Positions 1 to 9,360 are shown, counted from the stretch's first letter. The stretch is DNA of 31,400 bases from Microcoleaceae cyanobacterium (GCA_051652765.1 JBOFUV010000081.1:1-31400); one strand, 5' to 3'. Notes: a model not told the origin generated them from the sequence alone. Numbers and translations: made by a program.

Positions 1-124
1 GAATCTTTGCAGAAGCCATAACCACAAGGTTGATCTGGGAGTAATGCAATAGCACTGGGTCATTTCAATGGTAAAGGAAAAACTGAACTCAAACCTAAAT
101 TACTGTGAATTTAGTTATATGGCG

Positions 125-2299
125 TTACAGAAATCGCAAGACCTCTGGTAGCAAATGACCGGGAAGTTGAGCAAGGGCCTGATTTTGCCCCGGCACCCCT
201 GCCTCATGATAGAGTGCACGAATTGCCTTTACAACATAGCTCAAACAGGGGTGATGCTGTTTAGAAACGTCCAAACTTTTAGAGATTTTCTGCTCTTGCA
301 CAGGATTTGTTGAGCCGAGGTCTTCTGAGGCAGACTGTTTCAGGGTTCCTGCCTCTAGGCGCTCTGCTTGAAGATGATGTTGGAGGGCTGATTGCAGGTG
401 GGCAAGTCGCTCTGCTTGAGAATCAGTAATTTGGCTATCCGTACCCAACTGATAATGCGTATTCCCTAAGTTATTGTAGGTTGCGACTCGGCTGAAGGTT
501 AGGTCGCCGGAATTTGAGTGTTGGCTCAAGGTCAAAGCAGCTTCATAGGCTGCAATTACCCGTTTGAGATAGGGACTATAAGCATCGGATCGCTGATGGT
601 ATTGAGCTAAATGCCCATAGACAATCCCTAAATTATTGTGGACAGTGGCACAGGCTATTGGATCAGCTTTTGCGGTGCGGTACTGCAAAGCGCTGCGATA
701 AGCTTTCACCGCTTGCAACAGTAAGTCCTCTGAAGGCTGATGCTGGGCCAAATTCCAGTAAGCAGTTCCTAGATTCGTTTGTAGCATCCCATAGTGCAGG
801 GAATCTTGTCGGGGAGAGATGACTTTCAGGGCTTCTGAATAGGCTGTAATGGCTGCATTTAAATTGGCAGTTCCTTCAATATGCTGGGCTAGATTCCAGT
901 GTGCTGTGCCTAAATTGTTGTAGAGGGCAACACATTGAGCGATCCACAGTGGGTCTGAAGATTTACTGTCTGGGGACAGGGGACTTGTCTCTTGTTGCTG
1001 GGAATAGCGCAGGGCTTCTTGATAGGCGGCGATGGATTGTTGCAGGTTTTCGACGGGTTGCCGGATTTTGGCCAAGTCTCCATAGGCTCCCCCGAGGTTC
1101 CGTTGCAGCCTGATATAGGATGTCAGATGTTCCTCAGGGTTCAACACCATCAGGGCTTTTTGGTAAAAAATGATACTTTTTTCCAGATGGGATAGGGTCT
1201 TGGCGCTGAGGGAAGTTGTTTGAAGCTGCTGATGATACTGCATCCAGTACAGCATTCCCAAATCATTTAACACATCAGTCGGGGCAAGAGAACCTGAAAT
1301 TGGGCTGCCTTCGAGGTGTTCTAAAGTCTGCTCGTAAGCTTGAATTGCCAATTCCAAGGTCTGGGGGGTGCTGTTGCCAACCTGAATGCGATCGCGATAG
1401 AGATTTCCCAGTTGGCAATAGGCAACGGCTAATTCTTCCCCAGAAATCCCTCGATGTTTAAGGTGCTTGATTTCTTGTAATTTGATTTCCTGTAGTTTGA
1501 GTTCCTCTGACCGTTGATCGGGTTGAGAAATCTGAGCGATCACGTCTTGATCTGGCCCAGACCGCTGAACAGTTGCGGCAGTTGCGTCTTCCTGAAATAA
1601 ATCAATCGAGTTTTGTTCTAGGTCTTGCCCCAAGCTTTGCTCCTGAGGGGTGGGGTCTCCAACAAACTGAAACACCCCCGTTCGCCACCGCCAGAACTCC
1701 ATGGCCGATTGTTGAATGCAGCACAGCCAAGGAGAAGGAACCCAAAGCAGCAAACTGGCCTCCAAAGACATTAGGTGCTCCTCGATGGTACGGAGATGCC
1801 GTAAAAATGTCCACTGAATCCCAGGGGATTGGCGGGTGAGCTTTTCAATTCCCAAAATCTGGAAGCCTAGGGCAGACCGTTGCATGAAAGAAATAGTGTT
1901 TCGAGTCAGCCACCGCTCAATCTGACCAATGGGATTTGGATCGTTCAGGTCAAGGGATAAGCTCACCAACTGAACTTTGGCATTCAAAGGGCGGTTTAGG
2001 TTATCTGGAGCACTGGGTTGAGCCTGAGGCTGACCTAGAAATAAAGAACCAGAAAACGGCGCAGTGATCGTGGAGGAATCAGCGGAGAGAAGAGAAGAAC
2101 GACCCGAACTCGTCTCGTCTTGAAGCGTTGCCAGATCTTTTCGAAGAGAAGTTGCGAGTCTATCCCGTAGGTTTAAATCATCACAAACTGCAATCAAAAC
2201 TTGACGACGCAGGTTCAGAGATAGAGCCTGCTTGAGACGGAGGTAAGTGTACCAGTTGGTTCCCGAAAGTTGAATGGTGGGAATAGAGAGCGCAGTCAT
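125..2299 (-). CDS. Tetratricopeptide-repeat protein with a cyanobacterial N-terminal alpha/beta domain
   Basis: 724-aa ORF with repeated TPR-like helices (NDLGMLYW, RNLGGAYGDLA, NNLGTAHWNLA, TNLGTAYWNLA, NNLGIVYGHLA, NNLGNTHYQLG). The N-terminal domain ends in EFWRWRTGVFQF. Confidence 0.85.
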   Translation of the reverse strand: MTALSIPTIQLSGTNWYTYLRLKQALSLNLRRQVLIAVCDDLNLRDRLATSLRKDLATLQDETSSGRSSLLSADSSTITAPFSGSLFLGQPQAQPSAPDNLNRPLNAKVQLVSLSLDLNDPNPIGQIERWLTRNTISFMQRSALGFQILGIEKLTRQSPGIQWTFLRHLRTIEEHLMSLEASLLLWVPSPWLCCIQQSAMEFWRWRTGVFQFVGDPTPQEQSLGQDLEQNSIDLFQEDATAATVQRSGPDQDVIAQISQPDQRSEELKLQEIKLQEIKHLKHRGISGEELAVAYCQLGNLYRDRIQVGNSTPQTLELAIQAYEQTLEHLEGSPISGSLAPTDVLNDLGMLYWMQYHQQLQTTSLSAKTLSHLEKSIIFYQKALMVLNPEEHLTSYIRLQRNLGGAYGDLAKIRQPVENLQQSIAAYQEALRYSQQQETSPLSPDSKSSDPLWIAQCVALYNNLGTAHWNLAQHIEGTANLNAAITAYSEALKVISPRQDSLHYGMLQTNLGTAYWNLAQHQPSEDLLLQAVKAYRSALQYRTAKADPIACATVHNNLGIVYGHLAQYHQRSDAYSPYLKRVIAAYEAALTLSQHSNSGDLTFSRVATYNNLGNTHYQLGTDSQITDSQAERLAHLQSALQHHLQAERLEAGTLKQSASEDLGSTNPVQEQKISKSLDVSKQHHPCLSYVVKAIRALYHEAGVPGQNQALAQLPGHLLPEVLRFL

Positions 2300-2447
2300 G
2301 CCAGTTTGCGGTTCACTCAGTTAGAAATCTACAGGTGATATTTTCTACTTTCAAGCTTGAGAGCGTCAGTCAGGATTCTATACTAATTTTGGGCTTTCAT
2401 GCCCGAGGGTGCTAGAACCAGAGAACTGTACAAACAGACCGGGCAAT

Positions 2448-2501
2448 ACCCCTTCACCCTGACCCCTTCACCCTGACCCCTTCACCCTGACCCCTTCACC
2501 C
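2448..2501. repeat. Short tandem repeat, 14-bp unit ACCCCTTCACCCTG x~3.9 (STRR-like paired heptamers)
   Basis: Read directly: three perfect units plus a partial fourth, in the divergent intergenic region upstream of rseP. Confidence 0.9.
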
Positions 2502-2584
2502 CATTTCCCAAATCCTGCGGGATTGCCATAGCAGTATGTCAGAATAAGAAAGATCAGCAGTTTAAGATTTATCTGAGAGTCTTC

Positions 2585-3679
2585 ATGTCCGTTTTGGCAG
2601 CGATCGCCGTTTTGGCAATTTTGATTGTGGTTCACGAACTGGGACACTTTATGGCGGCCCGGTTTCAAAACATTCACGTCAACCGCTTTTCGATAGGCTT
2701 TGGCCCTATCCTCTGGAAGTACCAAGGTGAAAACACTGAGTATGCCCTGCGAGGAATTCCCTTGGGGGGATTTGTTGGGTTCCCCGATGAAGATCCTGAC
2801 AGCAAAATTCCCGAGGATGATCCTGACCTGTTGAGCAATCGCCCAATCTTAGATCGAGCAATTGTGATTAGTGCTGGCGTAATTGCCAACTTGATTTTTG
2901 CCTACTTTTTGTTGGTGGCTCAGGTGGGTCTGGTTGGAGTTCCCGAGTTTCAATATGAGCCAGGGGTTAGGGTACCTCAAGTGGCCACTGAGGTAAGCTC
3001 TGCAGCCACGAAGGCAGGCATTCAAGCAAATGATATTATCCTCTCTGTGGCTGGCCAGTCGTTAAGCTCAATGGAGGAATCTCTACCAGAGCTAGTCAAT
3101 GTGATCAAAACTCACCCTGGTCAACCCCTAGACATGCAAGTCAAGCGGGGTGATCAGGTGCTGGCATTAACTGTCACCCCTGAACCTGATGGGGAGGGGA
3201 TGGGTCGGATTGGAGTCCAACTCACTCATAATCGCGAGGTTACCCGGCGGCAAGCACAAGGGTTGATTGATGCCTTCACCCAAGGGGCGGATGAGTTTCA
3301 GCGGATTATTCGTCTGACGGTACAGGGATTTGGCCAACTGATTAGCAACTTCCGCCAAACTGCGAATCAGCTCTCTGGCCCTGTAGGGATTGTGGCGATT
3401 GGGGCGGATATTGCCCGTTCTGATGCGGGAGATTTGTTTCAGTTTGCCGCTCTGATCAGTATTAACCTTGCGTTTATCAATATTCTGCCGTTGCCTGCTT
3501 TGGACGGAGGACAGTTGGCCTTTTTATTGATTGAAGCGATTCGAGGCAAGCCCCTACCCAACCGAGTTCAAGAAGGGGTGATGCAGACTGGGTTAATGTT
3601 GCTGCTAGGTTTGGGGATTTTCCTGATCCTACGGGATACCGTGAATTTGCCTTGGGTGCGATTGCTCCTCCAGCAGTAG
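2585..3679 (+). CDS. rseP: RIP metalloprotease RseP (site-2 protease, M50 family with PDZ domain)
   Basis: HELGH zinc motif, FSIGFGP, GxxAN, a PDZ-like central region and the NILPLPALDGG motif. Confidence 0.95.
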   Translation: MSVLAAIAVLAILIVVHELGHFMAARFQNIHVNRFSIGFGPILWKYQGENTEYALRGIPLGGFVGFPDEDPDSKIPEDDPDLLSNRPILDRAIVISAGVIANLIFAYFLLVAQVGLVGVPEFQYEPGVRVPQVATEVSSAATKAGIQANDIILSVAGQSLSSMEESLPELVNVIKTHPGQPLDMQVKRGDQVLALTVTPEPDGEGMGRIGVQLTHNREVTRRQAQGLIDAFTQGADEFQRIIRLTVQGFGQLISNFRQTANQLSGPVGIVAIGADIARSDAGDLFQFAALISINLAFINILPLPALDGGQLAFLLIEAIRGKPLPNRVQEGVMQTGLMLLLGLGIFLILRDTVNLPWVRLLLQQ

Positions 3680-3695
3680 GGAAACTGAGTTAGAA

Positions 3696-4433
3696 ATGCC
3701 GATTCGCCGACGGTTAAGTCAGAAGCAACGGGCTCTGGAGATTTTAGTCCGGCTTCAGCGTCTTTACCCTGATGCCACCTGTAGTCTCACCTACAGTAGC
3801 CCCGTTCAACTGTTGGTTGCCACCATTCTGTCTGCCCAATGCACCGATGAGCGTGTCAACAAAGTTACACCTGCACTCTTCGAACGATTTCCAGATGCAG
3901 CTTCCCTAGCGGCAGCAGAGCAGGAGGAACTGGAGATCTTAGTTCGGTCTACTGGGTTCTATCGCAATAAAGCCAAGAATATTAAGGGTGCTTGTCGAAT
4001 GATTGTAGACAAGTTTAGTGGCTCCGTGCCCCAAGTTATGGAACAGTTGCTCGAACTGCCTGGGGTAGCGCGCAAGACCGCCAATGTGGTTTTGGCTCAT
4101 GCCTATGGACTGAATATGGGAGTGACTGTAGATACCCACGTTAGGCGATTGAGTCAACGATTGGGCCTCACCAGCGATAGTGATCCAGTCCGAATTGAGC
4201 GGGACTTGATGCAGTTAATTCCTCAAGCAGATTGGGAGAATTGGTCAATTCGACTGATTTATCATGGCCGAGCGGTCTGTACAGCCAGGAAGCCAATGTG
4301 TTACAATTGTAAATTGGTTGAGTTATGCCCATCCGCCAAACTTGACGGAGACGGGGGACGGACAAAGCAGCACAGCGTTCCTAGGCATGATCAGGAGAAC
4401 CAATTCAGTCCCCAAGATACGCTGTTACTCTAG
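3696..4433 (+). CDS. nth: Endonuclease III (4Fe-4S DNA glycosylase/AP lyase)
   Basis: LSAQCTDERVN, HhH motif LPGVARKTAN, VDTHV, and the C-x6-C-x2-C-x5-C cluster motif (CTARKPMCYNCKLVELC). Confidence 0.96.
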   Translation: MPIRRRLSQKQRALEILVRLQRLYPDATCSLTYSSPVQLLVATILSAQCTDERVNKVTPALFERFPDAASLAAAEQEELEILVRSTGFYRNKAKNIKGACRMIVDKFSGSVPQVMEQLLELPGVARKTANVVLAHAYGLNMGVTVDTHVRRLSQRLGLTSDSDPVRIERDLMQLIPQADWENWSIRLIYHGRAVCTARKPMCYNCKLVELCPSAKLDGDGGRTKQHSVPRHDQENQFSPQDTLLL

Positions 4434-4500
4434 CTGCTACATCAAATACTGAGTTAAATTAACATTAAATCAACCCCAACCGAAAGGAGATACCTCTTAA

Positions 4501-4803
4501 ATGGCTAAAAAAAGCATGATTTTGCGGGACGAAAAACGCAAGAAGATCGTTGCCAAGTACGCAGTCAAGCGTCAAGCGTTGAAAGAAGAGTTCCAGCAGG
4601 CTGAGGATCAGATGGAAAAACTCGAAATCCATCGTAAGATTCAGCAACTTCCCCGCAATAGCTCCCGGACTCGAGTTCGAAATCGGTGTTGGGCAACGGG
4701 TCGTCCCAGAGGATATTATCGTGATTTTGGCCTGTGCCGAAATCAATTTCGAGAGATGGCACACAAAGGACTTTTGCCCGGTGTAACTAAGTCAAGTTGG
4801 TAA
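4501..4803 (+). CDS. rpsN: 30S ribosomal protein S14
   Basis: 100 aa, MAKKSM...[19 protein letters not shown]...[20 protein letters not shown] at ~4483-4490. Confidence 0.98.
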   Translation: MAKKSMILRDEKRKKIVAKYAVKRQALKEEFQQAEDQMEKLEIHRKIQQLPRNSSRTRVRNRCWATGRPRGYYRDFGLCRNQFREMAHKGLLPGVTKSSW

Positions 4804-4808
4804 GGTTT

Positions 4809-4832
4809 GGGGCAGCCATTCGCCCCTTTTTT
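4809..4832 (+). terminator. Intrinsic terminator after rpsN
   Basis: GGGGC-AGCCATTC-GCCCC followed by TTTTTT, 5 nt after the stop codon. Confidence 0.7.
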
Positions 4833-4872
4833 GCTTTTCTAAAGCTTGAACCTCTGTTCAACCCGACTTGGT

Positions 4873-5202
4873 TTATTGACCACAGCACCGCTCAATCCCA
4901 AGGCTATCGAGTAGCAGATCGCTGACCGCATTAGCGATCGCAAATTCTCCATAGAAGCTTTTGGAGAAATCAAAGGCTTGCATTTCAGTCACAATTGCGA
5001 TCACAAGTGATCCCAAGTCATTCTCTCCTTCCATTCGTTGGCGCACAAAGATTTGGGCCGCTCGCTCCGCGATCTTTTCATTAATAGGTTCTGGAATGAA
5101 TTCTTGATCCAGCCACTTACTTAGAGCTTGTTGTAGCCATTTTCCTTCCTGTTGTGGGTTCTGAGCTGGAGGAAGAACAATCGGTTGAATAGGTTTAGAC
5201 AT
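4873..5202 (-). CDS. Conserved cyanobacterial hypothetical protein
   Basis: 109-aa ORF with WLDQEFIPE...IFVRQRMEGENDLG...FYGEFAIANAVSDLL. It resembles a conserved cyanobacterial family of unknown function (from memory). Confidence 0.8.
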   Translation of the reverse strand: MSKPIQPIVLPPAQNPQQEGKWLQQALSKWLDQEFIPEPINEKIAERAAQIFVRQRMEGENDLGSLVIAIVTEMQAFDFSKSFYGEFAIANAVSDLLLDSLGIERCCGQ

Positions 5203-5302
5203 AAGAGTAGAGTAGTTCTTGATTCGGCAATGCTTGATTCAGTAGCTGTTAGTACCACAATAAATTAAGCCCAGCTACACGAGCAAGATCTCCAAGCTCC
5301 AG

Positions 5303-5731
5303 CTATTCCTGCAACACAGAAACAAGCCCGGAGCCCTCTGAACCAGAAGTCACCACAATTCTGCTTTTAACTAATTGAGCAATGCGCCGATTAATTGAAG
5401 ATTCTACTGAGTTTGCTTCTGTTTGATAATGCACCTGATAGCTCTTTTGAGTTTTCTTATTCTCTACGGTTTTATAATCCGGAGTTCCAGGTTTTATGGT
5501 TTTTGAACGCACAAAGACTGAAGGGTTAGGGCGCTTATACCAAAAAAAACGATAGGAGTTGGTCGTTTCATTGCATTGAAACCGCAGCACATCATCCCCT
5601 CGCCCTAAAATATTCAGAATATAAAATTCTCCCCGTTTATGGACTTGGAAATAACCCCAATTTTTTTCGGTTTTATTAACTAGCTGCCCTAGGGTAATTT
5701 CGAGCATGGGGCAAAGATCTGACAGTAACAT
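5303..5731 (-). CDS. Hypothetical protein, basic and AT-rich (start may be ATG at 5707)
   Basis: 142-aa open frame filling the gap between two real genes. No motif recognised. Confidence 0.6.
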   Translation of the reverse strand: MLLSDLCPMLEITLGQLVNKTEKNWGYFQVHKRGEFYILNILGRGDDVLRFQCNETTNSYRFFWYKRPNPSVFVRSKTIKPGTPDYKTVENKKTQKSYQVHYQTEANSVESSINRRIAQLVKSRIVVTSGSEGSGLVSVLQE

Positions 5732-5825
5732 TTGAAGTATAAAGTGAATAAATAGGTCAGTTCGTGGAAAGATTAAGATTTTTCAATCATTATGCTAAGG
5801 TCTCAATCATATCAGAGTCTCAACG

Positions 5826-6404
5826 ATGCAATACAATGTTGCTGCCATTATTCAAGGATACGCTCAGGGGTATTTCCTCATGGCCAATGAGGGAGAGGGG
5901 AGTTTGGGATGGTATACCAGCCGCCAACGGGCTTTAATTCCGCTGGACGAAAGATTTCGCTATCCGCGATCGCTGCAAAGAGTATTAAATCAAGACCGCT
6001 TTAGCATTGCGATCAACCGTGATTTTAAGGCTGTCGTTGAAGGCTGTGCTAATCGAGAGACAACCTGGATTTCAGCAGAATTGAAGGAACTTTATTATCT
6101 GCTGCATCAAACTGGATGGGCCTACAGCTTTGAAACTTGGCAAAATGAACAACTTGCAGGGGGAATTTTAGGGTTGGTGATTGGGGGCGCATTTATTGGA
6201 GAATCAATGTTTTTCCAGATTCCAGAAAGTTCAAAAGTGGCCATGGTAAAACTCGTAGAGCGGCTGCGGGCTCGGAACTTTGTCTTGTTTGATGCTCAAA
6301 TGAATAACCCTCACCTAGAACGATTTGGAGCCTATGTTGTCAGCGATCGGGACTATAGAGTGTTGCTTCGGAAGGCCACCCAAAAACGCTGTGCTTTAGA
6401 ATAA
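5826..6404 (+). CDS. aat: Leucyl/phenylalanyl-tRNA--protein transferase
   Basis: GYAQGYFLMA, INRDFxAVVEGCA, TWIS, GGAFIGESMF, SKVAMVKL, DAQMNNPHLERFGA. Confidence 0.95.
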   Translation: MQYNVAAIIQGYAQGYFLMANEGEGSLGWYTSRQRALIPLDERFRYPRSLQRVLNQDRFSIAINRDFKAVVEGCANRETTWISAELKELYYLLHQTGWAYSFETWQNEQLAGGILGLVIGGAFIGESMFFQIPESSKVAMVKLVERLRARNFVLFDAQMNNPHLERFGAYVVSDRDYRVLLRKATQKRCALE

Positions 6405-6550
6405 GGGTTGTTCAGCAATTTTTAGATCAACAGACCTGCAAGGAGGTGAGGAGTAGGAAGTTGAGAGTGGAGAATGGGCTAAACCTGTAAAAATGGCTGT
6501 AAGCTGAAGAAGGCAAAACAAAACGCTTTGAAATTCAAGGATGCAATGGG

Positions 6551-6730
6551 GTGGGGCGATCGCGCCAAAAATGCTGTGAACTGTGTTGTGAGATGGCATC
6601 TGTTCTATACCGGGTCAAATACGATGATTTAGGAGAGTGGCATTTTGTCTGTTCTAGATGTTGGCAGACCATAGCCCCAAAGAATTCTCACTACGTTTAT
6701 GGTGGAACCTGGAAAGCAAAGAAATCCTAG
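6551..6730 (+). CDS. Small Cys-rich putative metal-binding protein (59 aa), absent from the ORF track
   Basis: Hand translation from GTG 6551: MGRSRQKCCELCCEMASVLYRVKYDDLGEWHFVCSRCWQTIAPKNSHYVYGGTWKAKKS*. Two CxxC pairs, with AAGGA ~9 nt upstream. The C-terminal YVYGGTWKA resembles a small conserved cyanobacterial family (from memory). Confidence 0.75.
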   Translation: MGRSRQKCCELCCEMASVLYRVKYDDLGEWHFVCSRCWQTIAPKNSHYVYGGTWKAKKS

Positions 6731-6844
6731 ACAAAGTGTTTTGCAAAGTAACATTTCAATAGCATATTGACAAGGTTGATTGAGCTTGGCATAAAAATTG
6801 CAATACCCGTTAAGCTGAAGAAAAGATCCTATCTCGAACGTATT

Positions 6845-7282
6845 ATGTCTTCCACCGCAACTCCGTTACCCCCATTGTTAGATCGGATGGTACAGCGTTT
6901 TAAACAAGCATCCTCCAACAAACTGCGTTATGAACAGTTGATTGCCCTGGCACAAAAGCTGGATAAATTTCCTGTGGAAGCAAAAATTCCTGAGAATAAA
7001 GTTCCTGGTTGCGTATCCCAAGTCTATGTGATTGCACATCTGAATGAGTCAGGTAATGTACAGTTTGTAGGAGATTCTGATTCTCAGTTAACCAAGGGAT
7101 TAGTCGCCTTCCTAATTCGGGGCTTGAATGGATTGACCGCTGAAGAAATTGTCCAACTTGCTCCAAACTTTATTGAAGAAACTGGGCTGCAAGCTAGTTT
7201 AACTCCCTCCCGTGCCAATGGATTCTTCAATATCTTTAAAACCATGCAAAAAAAAGCTTTAGAATGTTGTTCTGACCCTTAG
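6845..7282 (+). CDS. sufE: SufE family cysteine desulfuration (sulfur acceptor) protein
   Basis: [10 protein letters not shown] with the active Cys, [11 protein letters not shown] and [13 protein letters not shown] 6845 is preferred over TTG 6767. Confidence 0.93.
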   Translation: MSSTATPLPPLLDRMVQRFKQASSNKLRYEQLIALAQKLDKFPVEAKIPENKVPGCVSQVYVIAHLNESGNVQFVGDSDSQLTKGLVAFLIRGLNGLTAEEIVQLAPNFIEETGLQASLTPSRANGFFNIFKTMQKKALECCSDP

Positions 7283-7311
7283 TTGCTATTGATCAAGCTA
7301 CTCGTAAACCC

Positions 7312-7656
7312 ATGATGAATCAAGCCGATTTGTGGATTGAAGCTCTGAAATTCAACGATCAAGACCTGATTCCTGCGATTACTCAAGATCATCAAGATGG
7401 CACAGTCTTAATGATGGCTTGGATGAACAAAGCCTCGATTCAAAAAACCTTGAAGACAGGAGAAGTTCACTACTGGAGTCGTTCCCGTTCTGAACTCTGG
7501 CACAAAGGCGCAACCTCAGGAAACATTCAGAAAGTCAAGGAACTTTACTACGACTGTGACGCTGACGCGCTCTTGATTAAAGTCGAACAAATTGGAGATA
7601 TTGCTTGTCATACAGGAGTCAGAAGTTGCTTCTTCAATGCAGTTTCAATTCAGTGA
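7312..7656 (+). CDS. hisI: Phosphoribosyl-AMP cyclohydrolase (stand-alone, no HisE domain)
   Basis: [41 protein letters not shown]. Confidence 0.95.
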   Translation: MMNQADLWIEALKFNDQDLIPAITQDHQDGTVLMMAWMNKASIQKTLKTGEVHYWSRSRSELWHKGATSGNIQKVKELYYDCDADALLIKVEQIGDIACHTGVRSCFFNAVSIQ

Positions 7657-7683
7657 ATGTTTACAGAAAAGTTATAGTTAGAA

Positions 7684-9147
7684 ATGATGCCATTGAGAAT
7701 TTATAACACCAAGACCCGAAAAAAAGAAAAATTTATTCCCCTTGAACCTGAACAAGTCAAAATGTATTGCTGTGGGGTAACAGTGTATGACTATTGCCAC
7801 CTAGGACACGCCCGATCTTACATCGTCTGGGACACAGTTCGACGGTATTTAACCTGGCAAGGATTTGTTGTGAATTATGTGCAAAACTTCACAGATATTG
7901 ATGACAAAATCCTAAAACGCGCCCAAACAGAACACTCCTCAATGCAAGCTGTATCAGAACGGTTTATTACAGCTTACAAAGAGGATATGACCCGATTAAA
8001 TATTCTGGAAGCCAATGCCTATCCCAGGGCAACGGAAGTGATTCCTGAAATTATTGCGCTGATTCAATCTCTGATCAAACAGGGTTATGCCTATGCGGTT
8101 GAGGGAGATGTTTACTATGCTGTTGAACGATTTCCCAACTATGGCAAACTTTCAGGGCGAGTCCTGGATCAAATGGAAGCAGGAGCCAGTGGGCGAGTCG
8201 ATGAGACAGAGCCCAAGAAACGGCATCCCCTTGATTTTACCCTCTGGAAAGCCGCTAAACCCCAGGAATTAAACGCTTACACCCCTTGGGACTCTCCTTG
8301 GGGTTTGGGTCGTCCGGGTTGGCATATTGAGTGCTCGGCAATGGTAAAACAGACTTTTGGGGATACTATTGATATTCATTCAGGGGGAATGGATTTGATT
8401 TTTCCCCATCATGAAAATGAGATTGCTCAATCAGAAGCCTCCACCCAAAATCCCTTGGCTCGCTACTGGATGCACAACGGATTTGTGAATATTCAGGGGG
8501 AGAAAATGTCAAAATCTTTAGGGAATTTCACCACGATTCGAGAGTTGTTAAAACAGGTTGATCCAATGGTGATTCGCCTATTTGTACTCCAGGCAAGCTA
8601 TCGCAAGCCAATTGACTTTACAGATGCATCGATTACCTCTACAGAAAACAGTTGGCAAACCTTAAAAGAAGGATTACTCTTCAAATCTCAGTTTGGTGAA
8701 CAGCTAGGTTTACAATTATCTAAAACCCCAGAATCATCCCAATTAAATTCAATCGCAGTTGAACAGTTTAACACGGCAATGGATGATGATTTTAATACAC
8801 CAGGTGGGTTAGCTGTGCTATTTGAACTGGCCAAGAAATTACAGCGAGATGCGAATCTTTTAACTCATACTGGAAAGACTGACACTGCTGTTGAAACCGT
8901 TCAAGAAACCTGGCAAACGTTAGTCAAGCTTGCCGAAGTTTTAGGGCTAGAAGCCGAACCTGAAGTTGAGGAAAATTTATCCAAAGATGATCTAACTGAT
9001 GCCGAGATTGAAGACTTAATCCAACAGCGTCAAAATGCCCGAACAGCAAGAAATTACGCAGAAGGTGATCGCCTTCGAGATCAGTTAAAGGGGGCTGGAA
9101 TCACTCTGATCGATCAGCCCGGTGGAAAAACGATTTGGCATCGTTGA
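7684..9147 (+). CDS. cysS: Cysteine--tRNA ligase
   Basis: CGVTVYDYCHLGH (HIGH), NFTDIDDK, GRPGWHIECSAM, FPHHENE, KMSKS. Confidence 0.98.
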   Translation: MMPLRIYNTKTRKKEKFIPLEPEQVKMYCCGVTVYDYCHLGHARSYIVWDTVRRYLTWQGFVVNYVQNFTDIDDKILKRAQTEHSSMQAVSERFITAYKEDMTRLNILEANAYPRATEVIPEIIALIQSLIKQGYAYAVEGDVYYAVERFPNYGKLSGRVLDQMEAGASGRVDETEPKKRHPLDFTLWKAAKPQELNAYTPWDSPWGLGRPGWHIECSAMVKQTFGDTIDIHSGGMDLIFPHHENEIAQSEASTQNPLARYWMHNGFVNIQGEKMSKSLGNFTTIRELLKQVDPMVIRLFVLQASYRKPIDFTDASITSTENSWQTLKEGLLFKSQFGEQLGLQLSKTPESSQLNSIAVEQFNTAMDDDFNTPGGLAVLFELAKKLQRDANLLTHTGKTDTAVETVQETWQTLVKLAEVLGLEAEPEVEENLSKDDLTDAEIEDLIQQRQNARTARNYAEGDRLRDQLKGAGITLIDQPGGKTIWHR

Positions 9148-9149
9148 CC

Positions 9150-9189
9150 TTCAAGCCAACTTTCAAATTGACTTGAAAGCTAACTTGAA
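9150..9189. terminator. Imperfect hairpin just after cysS (possible terminator or 3' protection between converging transcripts)
   Basis: TTCAAG..CTTTCAA-loop-TTGAAAG..CTTGAA. There is no clean poly-T tail. Confidence 0.4.
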
Positions 9190-9199
9190 AGATTTTAAC

Positions 9200-9327
9200 G
9201 TTGCGGGAGATGGAGGTTGCTCCAGAGCAACGATCAGTTGCAGACTGACAGGCTTCAAGTCTGCCCTGAACAAAATAAACCCCGACCTTGAGAGCCAGGG
9301 GTGGAAAACGAGCTTCACATCTACCGT
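9200..9327 (-). ncRNA. Structured small RNA, probably cyanobacterial 6S (SsrS/SsaA)-like
   Basis: On the minus strand, 5' CGGUAGAUG pairs with 3' CAUCUCCCG. Internal hairpins: CCCUGGCU/GGUCGGGG (its G-U pairs work only on the minus strand), UCAG-GG-GCAGACU/AGUCUGC-AA-CUGA and GUUGCU/AGCAAC. A -10 box lies just upstream. The resemblance to cyanobacterial 6S is from memory. Confidence 0.6.
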
Positions 9328-9331
9328 CCTT

Positions 9332-9360
9332 ATAGTAGCTGTTTGCTCAATGGGTTGAAA
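9332..9360 (-). promoter_or_regulatory. Sigma70-type promoter of the structured RNA
   Basis: The minus strand reads TTTCAA-17 nt-TACTAT, then ~5-7 nt to the 5' end of the closing stem. Confidence 0.55.

Noticed and set aside
1..19. Possible minus-strand gene start MASAKI(L), reminiscent of a response-regulator N-terminus
   Set aside because: Only six codons are visible, which is too little to support a call.
901..1839. Short ORFs overlapping the TPR gene, and similar 60-175-aa shadow ORFs over rseP, nth, suf, aroB, chrA, hisB, the kinase and flv3
   Set aside because: They are antisense or alternate-frame shadows of well-supported genes with no recognisable motifs.
4501..4803. Zinc-binding (C+) S14 variant
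   Set aside because: Only two Cys are present and the 100-aa length is the ordinary long form.
6396..6599. 67-aa minus-strand ORF in the track
   Set aside because: It has no motif and overlaps the better-supported plus-strand Cys-rich ORF at 6551-6730.
9122..9358. 78-aa plus-strand ORF after cysS
   Set aside because: It has no protein features. The region is better explained by a hairpin and the minus-strand structured RNA.
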